Part shown: one piece after another, positions 26,692 through 37,547 of the stretch
How the letters are laid out: each line of letters starts with the position of its first letter
Numbering within the stretch: the first letter of the stretch is position 1
Made by a program: the position numbers and the translations under genes
Source: Polyangiaceae bacterium
Lineage (GTDB): Bacteria; Myxococcota_A; Polyangia; Polyangiales; Polyangiaceae
NCBI GenBank assembly: GCA_044376115.1
Contig: JBILLK010000009.1
Span: 1-64,000 of the forward strand
Reading direction: 5' to 3'
Length of the DNA stretch: 64,000 bases
The notes under the pieces: generated by a model
Databases searched by the model: none
Seen by the model: only the letters and a program-made list of their open reading frames with translations
What the model was told of the DNA's origin: nothing

Positions 26692-28154
26692 TGGAAAGTC
26701 TTCTCGTGCTCGGGGATGTCCGTAGCTGTTGCGCGCGGACTCGTCAGCGAGGGGGCGCGCGGCGCCGCGCTGGCGGCTGGGCGAGTTCCCGACTTGGTTG
26801 GACTGGCAACGTTCGCTGCAGCGCTGGCGGACCCCGTGCTGCTCGGGCTAGCCGTGACCGCCGGAACCGCGGTCGGCTGCTGTGCGGAGGCTGCGCTCGT
26901 CACCGGCGGGGTCGGTGCAGTCGGCGCAGGGGCCTCTTCCTCCCTCGCCACCAGCGGGCTTGCCGCCGGCGGCGCAGGCTCTTTGCGGCTCAGCAGCACA
27001 AGCGATGTCCCGGCCGCTGCGCACAAAAGACCCGCGCCCAAGCCAAGTCCCCACCGCCGCGTGCGCCGTCGAGCTTGTTGCGGGTGCAGCGTCGAGTTGG
27101 TGGCAAACATCGTCGAAGCGATGCCCGCTTCTTCCATCGCCGGGCCGAGCACGACCTTCGCATCCGGTTGGCTGATTCGCGCAGTGACGGACTCTCGGTT
27201 GACGATGGAGGTGCGCGAGCGGCGCAGCGTGCCTCCTGCTGAAGGACCGAACCCCACGTCCTCCGGCAGGATATCGCTGCCCTCTGGCGTGAGCGCGACC
27301 AGCTCCGCCAAGAACTCATCCGCGTTCGGGTAGCGGTTCTCGCGTGCTGTGGCGATTGAGCGCATCACCGTGCGATCGATGGCCGGCGACAGCTCAGAGA
27401 CCAGCGAACTTGGAAGTGGCGGAGTCGCCGAACAGATCGAAAGGATCAGCTTCCCGATGTGTTCGGGCTCGTTGTGAGGCGGCCGCCCCGTTAGCGCCTC
27501 ATAGAGAACGGAGCCCAGCGACCAGATGTCGGTGCGGGTATCGATGTCGCGCTCGCCTTGCGCCTGCTCCGGCGACATATAGCGCGGGGTTCCAAGTAGC
27601 TTTCCGGTCTGGGTAAGGTTGATCGCCGGCCCGCCCATCGGTCGAAACTTGGCGATGCCGAAGTCGAGCAACTTGACCGTGACGCTGCCGCCGTCCTCGT
27701 CGCGGGCGAGGAAGATGTTGGCGGGCTTGATGTCGCGGTGCACGACCGACGCTGCATGGGCGCGGGCGAGACCGGTACATGCCTGCGTAACGATGCGTAG
27801 CGCCACGCTGCTCGGCAGGCGTCCGCAGCGCTCCAGCGTGCTCCCGAGGTCTTCTCCACGCAAGAGTTCGAGAGCGATGTACGGCAGGCCAGTGCGCTTG
27901 TCGCGGCCGCTATCAAGGACGCTCGCGACGTGCCGCGAATCGATGGCCCCGGCGACGCGTGCTTCGCGCTCGAAGCGGGTGAAGACATCGCTGTCACTCA
28001 GCGCAACCTGCTGAATGAGCTTGAGCGCGACGCGCCGGCCGTTGTTGGTGTGCGCCGCCTCATAGACGGTGCCCATCGCTCCCTCGCCGATCAGGCGGAG
28101 TAGCTGGTAGCGCTCGTCGATCACGTCGCCGATGGCCGACGAGGTCGAACTCAT
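26688..28154 (-). CDS. Hanks-type Ser/Thr protein kinase with TM helix
   Basis: GEGAMGTVY, VALK, HRDIKPANIF, DFGIAK, GTPRYMSPEQ, DIWSLG. Confidence 0.96.
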   Translation of the reverse strand: MSSTSSAIGDVIDERYQLLRLIGEGAMGTVYEAAHTNNGRRVALKLIQQVALSDSDVFTRFEREARVAGAIDSRHVASVLDSGRDKRTGLPYIALELLRGEDLGSTLERCGRLPSSVALRIVTQACTGLARAHAASVVHRDIKPANIFLARDEDGGSVTVKLLDFGIAKFRPMGGPAINLTQTGKLLGTPRYMSPEQAQGERDIDTRTDIWSLGSVLYEALTGRPPHNEPEHIGKLILSICSATPPLPSSLVSELSPAIDRTVMRSIATARENRYPNADEFLAELVALTPEGSDILPEDVGFGPSAGGTLRRSRTSIVNRESVTARISQPDAKVVLGPAMEEAGIASTMFATNSTLHPQQARRRTRRWGLGLGAGLLCAAAGTSLVLLSRKEPAPPAASPLVAREEEAPAPTAPTPPVTSAASAQQPTAVPAVTASPSSTGSASAAANVASPTKSGTRPAASAAPRAPSLTSPRATATDIPEHEKTFQ

Positions 28155-30808
28155 GAGACCGCACGCCTGACTCGACGCTGGGCGATCATCAGCGCCAGCA
28201 GCCCCGCGAACAGACCACGCGCGAAGCCGTGATCCGATGACTCGCCCATGGCGCACACGCAGCCAGCGCTTTCGTCGCTCGCGCTCGGCTTGTCTACGCA
28301 GCTCGCCAAATTGTCGTCACACACTGAGCCGGTCGCACACTGCAGTAGCGATTCGCACGCTTCAAAGCAGCTGCCGTCGGCCTGGCAGCGATACGGTGCG
28401 CAATCGAGCACGGTGCCGTCCGCTTGCAAGCCCAGCGTTTCTTCGGTGCACAGGCTGGCCGCGCTCACGCACTCGCCGAGGATGCAGGCGTTGCCCGGCG
28501 CGCACGGTAAGGCGTCGGAGCAGGTGGTTTCACAGCCTTGGGCGTTGCAGTCGTAGTTGCCGCACAAGGTCGTTGCGGCGATGCATTGACGATTGCCGTC
28601 GCACAAGAGCTGCGAGGCGCACGAGCCCTCCGGCCCATCGGGGCAGTCGTTCTGTGGATCGGTCGCGACGAGAATGGGGGCGCAAACGCCGTTGGGCAAA
28701 CCGGTGACGGCCAAAAGGCACGCTTCGCACGTCCCGTCGCAGGCGGTGTCGCAACAAAAGCCGTCCGCGCAGAAGCCGCTCGCGCACTCGTCGTCGCCGT
28801 CGCAGGGCGTCGCATTGCACACCGCCGAGGCATGCATTTCACAGCCGTTCGTGCCGCAGAAGCCCGTCTGTTGACACCTCGCACCGTCATTGTCGCATTC
28901 ATTTTGTGGATCGGTCTCGCTCGGCGGTGGCGCGCATTGACCGTTGGCTACGCCCGTGATCGCTTCGCTGCAGGCCTCACAGATCTCATCGCAAGCCGTG
29001 TCACAACAGTAGCCGTCGCTACAAAAGCCGCTCGCGCAAGCGAGGCCCGATTCACACGGCGAACCGTTCGAGTACAGCGACAAGAGCTCGGTCTTGCCGC
29101 TGGCCCCGATGCTGTTGACTCCGCCTGCCGCCATCACACGCCCATCGGGCAAGGCGATCACTGCGAACAGGCCACGCGGGGTGAGGAGTGGCTCCCCGAG
29201 GACGACGGGCTCGACACTGTCGGGGCCGTAGGCCAGCGTCGGCGCGACCACCAAGTCGCACGGTCCGGCTAAGTTATTGGGATTGAACTCACAACCTCCG
29301 AACACGATGGTGGCGCCGTTCGGTACGGTGGCAACGCCACCGTTTCGTCGTCGCGACCCCTTGTCGGCTGGCCCCTCCGACCAGCTGTCGGAGGCGATGT
29401 CGTAGAATTGATCGGCGCCTGCGAGGCTTGGAGGAAAGCCTTGCTCGCCCCCAGCAAAGAGTACTCGCTCGCTGCCCAGCGGCGCTAGGGCGTGCCCAAA
29501 CGTTCCGAACGCGGTTATCCGGGGCACGCCGAAGGTCCCGGCTCCGGCAGGGTCAAAAAGTTCGCTCGAGTTTTCGCAGAACACGCTGTCGTTGTAGCCC
29601 GAGACGACCAGCACTTTGCCGTTCGCTAGCAACAACGCTTGAGCCTCGACTCGCTCGTAGGTCAGCGAGTCGGTGGAGGTCCAAGTGTTGGAACTCGGGT
29701 TGAAGATCTGCACACTCGAGAGGCTATTGGCCCCATTGGTTCCACCCACGACGAGCACGCGACCATCGGCCAAGGTGGTGGCTGTGTGGCTCCTGCGAGC
29801 GGTCGACATGTTGGGCACGTCGGTCCAGGTTGAGGTTCCAGGGTTGAAGACCTTCGCTGTTGCGAGGACCTGTCCGCCGTCGTCGCCGCCGGCGAGGAGT
29901 GCGCGCCCGCCCGGTAGCGAAACCAGCGTGTGATCCTGAACGCCAGCGGTCAAACCCCCTCCACCTGTTGGTAGTAGCGTCCAGCTGTTGGTGGTTGGAT
30001 CAAAGAGTTCAACGGCGGAGCTCGGAGCATCGAAGCTGTCCACCCCGCCCACCGCCAACACGCGCGTGGCAGGACCTGTTCCAACCAACGCAAGCTTGAG
30101 GCCGAAGCGAGGTACCGTGAGGTCGTTTGTCGTCGACCACAATGGATCGATCCAGAGCGGGCCTTCCAGCTCTGCGGGGAGATTGAGCGTGAGCACGCAC
30201 TCATCGGCGTCCGGGGGCTGAATCGCGCGATTCCATGGGGCTCGCGGGTCCTCGTCGACAGCGCACCCGCTGACCTCGAAGCGCAGCGGCGTGCGCTGAC
30301 CGTCTTCCGAAATGGCGACTGCGCGCGCGGCGCGCAACACTGGGGTTCCGCCGCCTGCCAGGAACTCGACCGACGTACCAAGCGACCGCACTCCGATGAT
30401 GGCCTTATCGAGCGCGACCCGATAACGAAGTGCACGGGGCGTCTGCAGCCGTACCCAGTCCTCGAGCCCGTCGTCGGTTTGGCGCAAAAGCAGGCTTTCT
30501 CCCGCGCCAAGCGCGTCTTTGTAGATCGCGCCGACCGTGCGTTCTCCCTCGCGATCCAGCTGCAACGGAGCCGCCGTGGCTCCCTCGAGCCGAACGCTGA
30601 GCTGCGCGCCGAAGCGTTGATTCGTGAGGGTGAACGGCCTGTCCGCTCGATCGGGCAAGGTCGTGGCGAGCCCTTGGCTCCGCGCTCTAAGCTCGGGAGT
30701 CTTTTGTACGTCGACGCTGGCGAGCACCTCCGAGGGCTCACTCGTCTCTACTTCGACGGAGCAGCTCGACATCAAGCTGAGCAGAGCCACTATCCCGGTT
30801 CGGTTCAT
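28151..30808 (-). CDS. Secreted kelch-repeat protein with Cys-rich repeats and C-terminal anchor
   Basis: HTATTLADGRVLVVGG kelch repeats; CASGFCxDGxCCDTAC repeats; GCVC-TM-RRR tail resembling MYXO-CTERM. Confidence 0.9.
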   Translation of the reverse strand: MNRTGIVALLSLMSSCSVEVETSEPSEVLASVDVQKTPELRARSQGLATTLPDRADRPFTLTNQRFGAQLSVRLEGATAAPLQLDREGERTVGAIYKDALGAGESLLLRQTDDGLEDWVRLQTPRALRYRVALDKAIIGVRSLGTSVEFLAGGGTPVLRAARAVAISEDGQRTPLRFEVSGCAVDEDPRAPWNRAIQPPDADECVLTLNLPAELEGPLWIDPLWSTTNDLTVPRFGLKLALVGTGPATRVLAVGGVDSFDAPSSAVELFDPTTNSWTLLPTGGGGLTAGVQDHTLVSLPGGRALLAGGDDGGQVLATAKVFNPGTSTWTDVPNMSTARRSHTATTLADGRVLVVGGTNGANSLSSVQIFNPSSNTWTSTDSLTYERVEAQALLLANGKVLVVSGYNDSVFCENSSELFDPAGAGTFGVPRITAFGTFGHALAPLGSERVLFAGGEQGFPPSLAGADQFYDIASDSWSEGPADKGSRRRNGGVATVPNGATIVFGGCEFNPNNLAGPCDLVVAPTLAYGPDSVEPVVLGEPLLTPRGLFAVIALPDGRVMAAGGVNSIGASGKTELLSLYSNGSPCESGLACASGFCSDGYCCDTACDEICEACSEAITGVANGQCAPPPSETDPQNECDNDGARCQQTGFCGTNGCEMHASAVCNATPCDGDDECASGFCADGFCCDTACDGTCEACLLAVTGLPNGVCAPILVATDPQNDCPDGPEGSCASQLLCDGNRQCIAATTLCGNYDCNAQGCETTCSDALPCAPGNACILGECVSAASLCTEETLGLQADGTVLDCAPYRCQADGSCFEACESLLQCATGSVCDDNLASCVDKPSASDESAGCVCAMGESSDHGFARGLFAGLLALMIAQRRVRRAVS

Positions 30809-30963
30809 CTTTGCTCCCCGGGGCAAACGATAACAGAGGCCCTGGACCCTCGACACCGAACCTACGCGGCGACGCAGACGCATGGTTCATCATCCACGAA
30901 TTGAGTCATCTGCCTGATTGAGTGTAGGAAGCTTCTTGGCGCGCAGCGCGTTCCAACCTCCCT

Positions 30964-32616
30964 ATGTCCCTGCGCATCCGTCTTTCGTTCCTGACGCTCA
31001 GCCTCGCGAATTGCGACGCACCCGTCGAAACCGTGGCAGGTCCGCAAGACGCGCGTTTGGCGACTGAAGCTGCGCTCACGTCCTCCATGCCCACCAGCGC
31101 TGTGCCAAGTGCGTCGGCGTCGAGTCCGCGCCCTTCGGTCGTCGCCCCGACGGCTAAGCGCGAGCCGCTCCCGCTGCCGGCCAGCTTCGCGAACTACAGC
31201 GCTGAGGTCGCGACCAAGTGCCCCTCGGGTGAGGGTGAAGAATCGAACGCCGGGATGGTCGCGTCGCAGATCGATGCGGCTCAGTGTCAGGCCCGTCTGA
31301 TGGCCGTCGACGCCAAGAAGTTGAAGCCCTCGCAGCGAGCTTCGTTGCTCGATGGTGATCCAACCGGACCGCACGGGAAGGCGCCTGGACCAACGCCCTC
31401 GCGCTGGGCCGAGACGGTGGATGCGGCCTGCAACGTCGAGGGCGCGCAGCTGTGGATGCAGGGTGGAAGTCGCACCGCTGGCACCATGGAGCATCTTCGA
31501 GCGGTGGGCTGTCTCAGCGGCGAAGACCAAGCGCTCGGCTTCATCATGCGCTCGTGGACCAAGGCAGCACCGCAGGACGTCGTCGCTTACGTGCGAGCCT
31601 TTGCGACTCTAAGGCCGGCGCCCGCGCCGCGGCTTGCGCTGTGGCGCCGTTATGCTGGGCTCGCCCGCCGGACAGCGCCGCACAAAGCCGAGCCTGATTG
31701 CCGCTACATGTGTCGCTGGTCCGACGCCGAGTGGATCGCCTTCGAGCGCGATCTGGATCGCGCCGAACAAGGAGCTCGCGCCGTCTCGGTGGGGCTCTGC
31801 GCCGAATGGAGTGAGCTTGCGCAGGCGTTCGGTGGCGTCGCAACCTGCGTGCAGGAGATGACGTCACGTTGGCTTCCGTCTTCCGCCGGCATGGATGAAG
31901 GGTCGGGCGACGAAGGGGATCCGCAGAGCGATGCACAGGCCGATCCGCCCTCCGAGCGCCTCGGTCCCCCGGCCGATGAAGGCTACGATGCAGCGCTGCT
32001 CGCGCTGCGGCGCAGCTGGGCCATCGAGGGGAAGGAGGTCGCAGGCGCGGCTCAGTATTTGGAGCAGATCGAGCGAGAAGTTGCGTCGGGGTCGCGCAAA
32101 GACCTCGCCCGTTGGGTACGGCGCGCCGCGACTTGGCGTGACCGCTTCGCCGTCGCCGATGAGCAAGCGCAGTTCCTGGAGGTCAGCAGCGCAACAGCGG
32201 GCTGGCTCTCCGCGCCCCACAAGAACATCGCACCCACCAGCCGCTTGCTCGAGGGCTACCTCTTGCGGCTGATTCTGGCTCCCAAGGAGCAGGCCTTGCG
32301 CGAACACGTCCTCGCGCGGCAGGCCTGGGGCAAGGCCGTCGAGAGCAACCTTGGGAAGGCGCGCGACGCCTTCAGCAAGCCGTGCAAACCGGGCGGGATG
32401 CGCAGTTGCGATGGCGCAACGTCGAGTTCGTTCAAACAGGTGTCGGAGCGGATTGCCTGGCTCGAGAGCGAGGGAGCTGCGCTCGGGAGTGAGCTGTGCG
32501 CTGCTGCACCGGAGTTGCAGACAGCGCTGGGGTCTGACTGCCCGCGACTCGCGACGCGCTATCTGCTCGCGTTCGCCAAATATGCTGGCGACCCAGAGCT
32601 GCTCCAGGAATGGTGA
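30964..32616 (+). CDS. Hypothetical lipoprotein with internal duplication
   Basis: Lipobox LANC; two related Cys-containing helical halves. Confidence 0.75.
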   Translation: MSLRIRLSFLTLSLANCDAPVETVAGPQDARLATEAALTSSMPTSAVPSASASSPRPSVVAPTAKREPLPLPASFANYSAEVATKCPSGEGEESNAGMVASQIDAAQCQARLMAVDAKKLKPSQRASLLDGDPTGPHGKAPGPTPSRWAETVDAACNVEGAQLWMQGGSRTAGTMEHLRAVGCLSGEDQALGFIMRSWTKAAPQDVVAYVRAFATLRPAPAPRLALWRRYAGLARRTAPHKAEPDCRYMCRWSDAEWIAFERDLDRAEQGARAVSVGLCAEWSELAQAFGGVATCVQEMTSRWLPSSAGMDEGSGDEGDPQSDAQADPPSERLGPPADEGYDAALLALRRSWAIEGKEVAGAAQYLEQIEREVASGSRKDLARWVRRAATWRDRFAVADEQAQFLEVSSATAGWLSAPHKNIAPTSRLLEGYLLRLILAPKEQALREHVLARQAWGKAVESNLGKARDAFSKPCKPGGMRSCDGATSSSFKQVSERIAWLESEGAALGSELCAAAPELQTALGSDCPRLATRYLLAFAKYAGDPELLQEW

Positions 32617-32652
32617 GTTTGGCTTTAGCGCTGCTCTGGTCTCTGGTCGGTA

Positions 32653-33828
32653 TTAGCGCCGGTGCCCACCGACGATAAGCTTGCGCATTGGCGTCTCGAA
32701 CCAGCTGAACGACGCTGTGGCGACGACCATCACCGCGACGAGCCCGCCAAGCGTACTTAGCCACTCGCTCCCAGTGATTCGGAACACCAGACGATGGCCG
32801 GTGTACATCACCAACCCGTGTAGCAAGTATAGGCCATACGAGATCTTGCCGACGTGTTTGACCGCGCGGTTGTTGATGATCTTCGCTGCCCACCCCGGCT
32901 GCGTGCAGGCCCCAACGACCCACAAGATCAGCAGCGCCACCATCACTGGCTCGATCATGTAACCAACGCAGTACTTGTAGAAGTGATTCCTCGTATCGAT
33001 GCTCGCGGAAACGAACAGCGTAATGGTCATTAGCAGCGCCCCACTGGTGCGCTGGGATGCGGCCGTCAAGCGTGCTGCCCAACTTGGCTCGCGCATCAAT
33101 ACGGCAACGAGGCAGCCGATCGCGAGCTGATCCGCGCGCGTGTCCAGGGCTCGGTAGAGGTAGTCCGTCGAGGTGTTGGTGCCAAAGACGAGCACGAGCC
33201 GCCACACCCAGACCGCGAGCACGGTCAGGGCCAAGCTACGGGCGATGTTCTGTTTGCGCGCGACCATGAGGCCGAGCGCCAACGGCCACAGAGCGTAAAA
33301 CTGCTCCTCGACCGCCAGTGACCAACAATGCGCGACAAAGTTCGGCTCAGCGCCGGTAAACGCTTGGTAGTAGTTGGTGACGTAAAGCAACGCCGAAACC
33401 ACGGCACCCCACGGCACTGGCCGACCGGTGGCGAGCATCAGGGCCACGTTGAACCCAACGTAGGCCAGAAAGATCGGCATCAGCCGAGCGGCCCGCCTTC
33501 GATAGAAGGCCAGCAACTGGATGCGGCCGCTTCGCTTGATCTCATCCAGCAGCAGCCGCGTAATCAAGAAGCCGGAGAGTACGAAGAACGCTCCTACTCC
33601 GAGCGAGGAGAACGGGCCGAAGAATGCACCCAGCTCGGCGTAGCGCTCGAACGCGTGTGCCACCAAGACCAGCAACACCGACACCGCTCGTACGAAGTCG
33701 AGCCCCTCGATGTGGCTGGCATTGACCGCCGCGAGCAGACGCGAGGTGCGGTCTGCCGTCGCCTCTACGCCGGCATTTGCAGCGGATTCGCCACGAGACA
33801 TCGGTTCCTTTGCTTCGAGCGATCCCAC
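32653..33828 (-). CDS. Acyltransferase-3 (OafA-like)
   Basis: GLDFVRAVSVLLV, FFVLSGFLIT, FYRRRAARL, HCWSLAVEEQFY; start may be ATG 33801. Confidence 0.93.
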   Translation of the reverse strand: MGSLEAKEPMSRGESAANAGVEATADRTSRLLAAVNASHIEGLDFVRAVSVLLVLVAHAFERYAELGAFFGPFSSLGVGAFFVLSGFLITRLLLDEIKRSGRIQLLAFYRRRAARLMPIFLAYVGFNVALMLATGRPVPWGAVVSALLYVTNYYQAFTGAEPNFVAHCWSLAVEEQFYALWPLALGLMVARKQNIARSLALTVLAVWVWRLVLVFGTNTSTDYLYRALDTRADQLAIGCLVAVLMREPSWAARLTAASQRTSGALLMTITLFVSASIDTRNHFYKYCVGYMIEPVMVALLILWVVGACTQPGWAAKIINNRAVKHVGKISYGLYLLHGLVMYTGHRLVFRITGSEWLSTLGGLVAVMVVATASFSWFETPMRKLIVGGHRR

Positions 33829-33972
33829 GCCTTGCGAGCAGCAATGCTTACCATCGTTGCCTTAGGCGAGTCGGGAAATCTGGTTGCTCAATGCGCCGCA
33901 GCTGGACGAAGTGGTGGAACTCTCAACAGAAAAGTGCGGGAGGGCGCTGCGCTCAAAGTCGACGCCCTCGGG

Positions 33973-34716
33973 TCAGCTCCCGGTCGAATTCCCGAGCGGC
34001 CCATCAAGTGGTGCCGTCCATCGCAAAGCGAGCAATGCAATGGCGATGGCTTCGATGGCAACGGCCACACTGAGCACAACCGGCATCCCGAGCGTCAGCG
34101 TCAATCCGCCAAGCAGCGCGCCGCCCAGCATAAAGAGCACCGCGAGCGCGCGTCGACCCCAGCGTGGGTTCGATTTGGAAGCGAGCTGCGAATCGGCGGC
34201 TAAGCCCGTGAGCGTCAAGGTGAGGACCGTCGTCGTGAGGTCGGGCACTCCAAGCTTGCGTACAATTGCGTTTCGCAAGCCCATCGCGAAGGCGAGCAGC
34301 GACACGATGACGAAGGTTGCCTCGTCGCCTAGAGTCAGCGACAAGAGCGCAGCTAGGCCAAGCCCAGCGAGTTCGACGCTGAGTCCGAGCCGCAAGGTCG
34401 CCGAAGAAAGCGTCTTCGTTACGCGTCCGCCAAGTGCAGCTCCGAGCAGGAAGCCGCCCAGCGCTTGCAAGCTCGCGGCGATCGACGCCGTCCCCTTTCC
34501 AGCCAACGCAAAGCCGAGAAATACGACGTTGCCCGTCATGTTTGCCGTGAAAACGTGGCTGAGTCCCAACACACTCGCGGCGTCGACGATACCGGTCACG
34601 AGCGTGAGCAAGAGCAGCGCGAACAGGGTGGTTGGGCGCGAGTTATTGTCGACCTTGGCGCTGGGCTCGCGCTTTGGACCATGAAGCGAGCCGTCTCCAT
34701 CGTGCGCGTGCGTCAC
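33973..34716 (-). CDS. YoaK/DUF1275 membrane protein
   Basis: GIVDA, VFTANMTGNVVFLG, AMGLRNA, TTTVLT. Confidence 0.9.
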   Translation of the reverse strand: MTHAHDGDGSLHGPKREPSAKVDNNSRPTTLFALLLLTLVTGIVDAASVLGLSHVFTANMTGNVVFLGFALAGKGTASIAASLQALGGFLLGAALGGRVTKTLSSATLRLGLSVELAGLGLAALLSLTLGDEATFVIVSLLAFAMGLRNAIVRKLGVPDLTTTVLTLTLTGLAADSQLASKSNPRWGRRALAVLFMLGGALLGGLTLTLGMPVVLSVAVAIEAIAIALLALRWTAPLDGPLGNSTGS

Positions 34717-34722
34717 ATGACC

Positions 34723-36513
34723 TCAGAACGCCCAGCAGTCACAGGCGCTCGGGGTCCACAGCGTGCTAGCAGGAGCGCTGGGTTCACGCCCTCGCCAGCT
34801 TGTGTGACCCGCCTGGCCAATGGAGGCTGCTGTGTTGCGCGCGGGGGACCACTCAGGCATCGCGGGCGGAGGCGGTGGCGCCATTCCGGAGAACGGCCCC
34901 GAAGCGTGCACGACCCGACCCCCGAGCAGCGTGAGTACAGAGGCAATGCCAGGGATTTCTTCTTCAGGCACGGCGAAGAAGTCGGCGGACAGAACGGCGA
35001 GGTCGGCGAGCTGGCCCACCTTGAGCTGGCCCTTGTTCCCCACGTCAGAAGAGAACCAGCTGTTCTTCTCGGTCCACATACGCAGCGCGGTTTCACGGTC
35101 GACGCGGTTCTCCTTGGGGTAGAGCTGCGTGCCGCCGAGCGTCTTGCCCGTGATCAGCCAGGCGAGCGACACCCACGGGTTGTGCGAAGCCACACGCGTC
35201 GCGTCGGTCCCAGCGCCTACTGGGATGCCCGCCGCTAACATGCGCGCGAGCGGCGGAGTGCGCCGAGCAGCCTCCTCACCGTAGCGTTGCACGAAGTATT
35301 CGCCCTGAAACATCATGCGATGTTGCACGGCGATGCCGCCGCCCAGGGCCGCAACGCGATCGATGTTTCGCTCGGAGATCGTCTCGGCGTGATCGAAGAA
35401 CCAAGGCAGACCTTGGAACGGCATGTCGCGGCTCACGCGCTCGAAGACGTCGAGCGCACGACCGATCGACTCATCGTAGGTCGCGTGCAGTCGCCACGGC
35501 CAGCGCTGCTCCACGAGCGTGCGGACTACGGCCTCGAGCTGGCCCTCCATGGTGGGCGCAAGTTTCGGTCGGGGCTCCCGGAAGTCCTCGAAGTCCGCCG
35601 CGGAGAACACCAACATCTCACCTGCACCGTTGTGCCGAAAGGTGTCGTCTCCTTGGCCCGGTGCGACCAGCTTGGACCAGGCCTCGAAATCGGCGAGCTC
35701 CCCGCCCGCTCGCTGCGTAAACAGATTGTACGCAACCCGCAGGGTGAGCTCTCCGTCGCGCGCCAACTTCTGCACGACTTCGTAGTCATCGGGGTAGTTC
35801 TGGTAGCCGCCGCCTGCGTCGATCACGCTAGTGACCCCGAGCCGGTTGAGCTCAGCCATGAACTGTCGTGTGGAGTAGAGCTGGAACTCCGGCGCGAGCT
35901 TCGGGCCCTTCGCGAGCGTTGCATAGAGAATGTTGGCGTTGGGTTTGGCGATCAGCAGGCCTGTTGGTTCACCACCTGAAGTGCGCTGAACGAATCCGCC
36001 CGGGGGATCTGGGGTGTCCTTGGTGAAGCCAGCTGCTTGAAGCGCCGCGCGGTTGAGGAGCGCGCGGTCGTACAAGTGGAGGATGAAAACAGGCGTGTCG
36101 GGCGCCACTCGATTCAGCTCCTCGAGAGTAGGCAGCCGCTTCTCGATGAACTGATGCTCTGTGAAGCCTCCTACGACCCGAACCCACTGCGGTGGAGGCG
36201 TGATGGCGACCTGACGCTTCAGCATCGCCATGGCGTCGGCTAGTGATTTCACGCCGTCCCAGCGAAGCTCCAAGTTGTAGTTCAGCCCTCCGCGGATGAA
36301 GTGAATGTGGCTGTCGATGAGTCCCGGGATCACGCGATGGGCGCCAACATCGATCACCCGCGTCGCGGAGGTTCTAAGCGGCATGACCTCCGCCAGCGAG
36401 CCGACTGCGACAAATCGACCCTGCTCGATGGCGAGCGCCTCAACCGCAGGGTTGGCTGGATCGAGTGAGGTGATTCATTTTCCGTGCAGAATGAGGTCGG
36501 GCACGACGGTCAC
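34723..36513 (-). pseudogene. YtcJ-like amidohydrolase-3 with in-frame TGA at codon 13
   Basis: GTG 36513 overlaps the xapX stop; DLILHGK*ITSLD (TGA 36477-36475); PGLIDSHIH, RLHATY, FDHAE, GTDATRV. Confidence 0.75.
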
Positions 36514-36764
36514 TACTCCTTGTCTGCGTCTCTATTGACAGTCGCTCGTTCTCTAGAGCTGGGAGCTTCCTCCTTGGTCCACGCGCTTCGCAGCGATTCA
36601 CCTGCGATGACGCGTCTGGCGATCGCGACGCTCTCTTCACCCGTCAGCATCCCGAGCAGCCCTACCAGCGCAACGATCGGCGGAGCAGGAGAGCGCACGT
36701 CGATCAGTGCGTAGATGATGCCCACCACAAGGCCAGCCAGCAGCGACGCTACGTAGATTTTCAT
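36513..36764 (-). CDS. xapX: XapX/DUF1427 small membrane protein
   Basis: MKIYVASLLAGLVVGIIY...RSPAPPIVALVGLLGM. Confidence 0.85.
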   Translation of the reverse strand: MKIYVASLLAGLVVGIIYALIDVRSPAPPIVALVGLLGMLTGEESVAIARRVIAGESLRSAWTKEEAPSSRERATVNRDADKE

Positions 36765-36790
36765 GCTCGGTCCGCGGCTTGCTGAAGCGC

Positions 36791-37442
36791 TCAGTGCCCA
36801 CCTTCGCCGTGTCCCAACATCGCTTGGGCGTAGGCGAGCCCGAGCCCGTACGCGCCTCCGTAAGCCCTGGCGACGTTGTAGACGGCATCGTACGTCGCCA
36901 CCCGCGCCCAATCGCGTTGCAGCTCGAGCAGGTATTGCAGCGACGTCATCGGACGTACCCCGGCTTGAACCATGCGATCCATGGCCCGGTCATGCGCCTC
37001 ATTGGAAACATCTCCACAGGCGTCTGCAATCACGTACACGTCGAACCCCTGGTCGACCGCCGAAAGCGCCGGACCGACGATGCATACGCTCGTCCAAAGA
37101 CCCGCGAGCACGACTCGCTTCTTTCCGAACTCGTTGACGCGCGCTGCGCTCGTCCTCCCACGTGTTCATCGTGGTTCGATCGATTGCCTTGACCTCCGGT
37201 AGCGCGTCCTTGATCTCGCTGAAGATAGGTCCCGAGAACGACTTCTCCGCCACTGTGGTGAGGATGGTCGCGACGCCAAAGACGCGCGCGGAGTTCGCGA
37301 CGAGGGCCGAGTTGTTGCGTAGCTCGATGGCATCGATCGACTTGGTAGCGAAGACCATCTGTGATTGGTGATCGATCAGGATCAGGGTGTGGTCGGAGGG
37401 TGAAAGGAGCGTTTTGCCCGGGGTGGGGGAGGCTTGCGACAT
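36791..37442 (-). pseudogene. Frameshifted YcaC-like isochorismatase hydrolase
   Basis: LILIDHQ...DRTTMNTWEDER, frame shift near 37147, then ARVNEFGKKRVVLAGLWTSVC...ELQRDW. Confidence 0.85.
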
Positions 37443-37547
37443 GGGAGAATCTCCTGGGGTGGGGGAACTTTCCGCGGCATCTCACCCGTCTGGCGCTCGA
37501 CAAACCAGGTAAACGCGTGCGTTCTCGAATGAAGAATCGTGCGCCAT

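Noticed and set aside
36475..36477. Second selenocysteine codon, in the amidohydrolase
   Set aside because: Position corresponds to a non-Cys residue (typical NGRI motif); the downstream hairpin loop CTGC lacks the leading G of a SECIS
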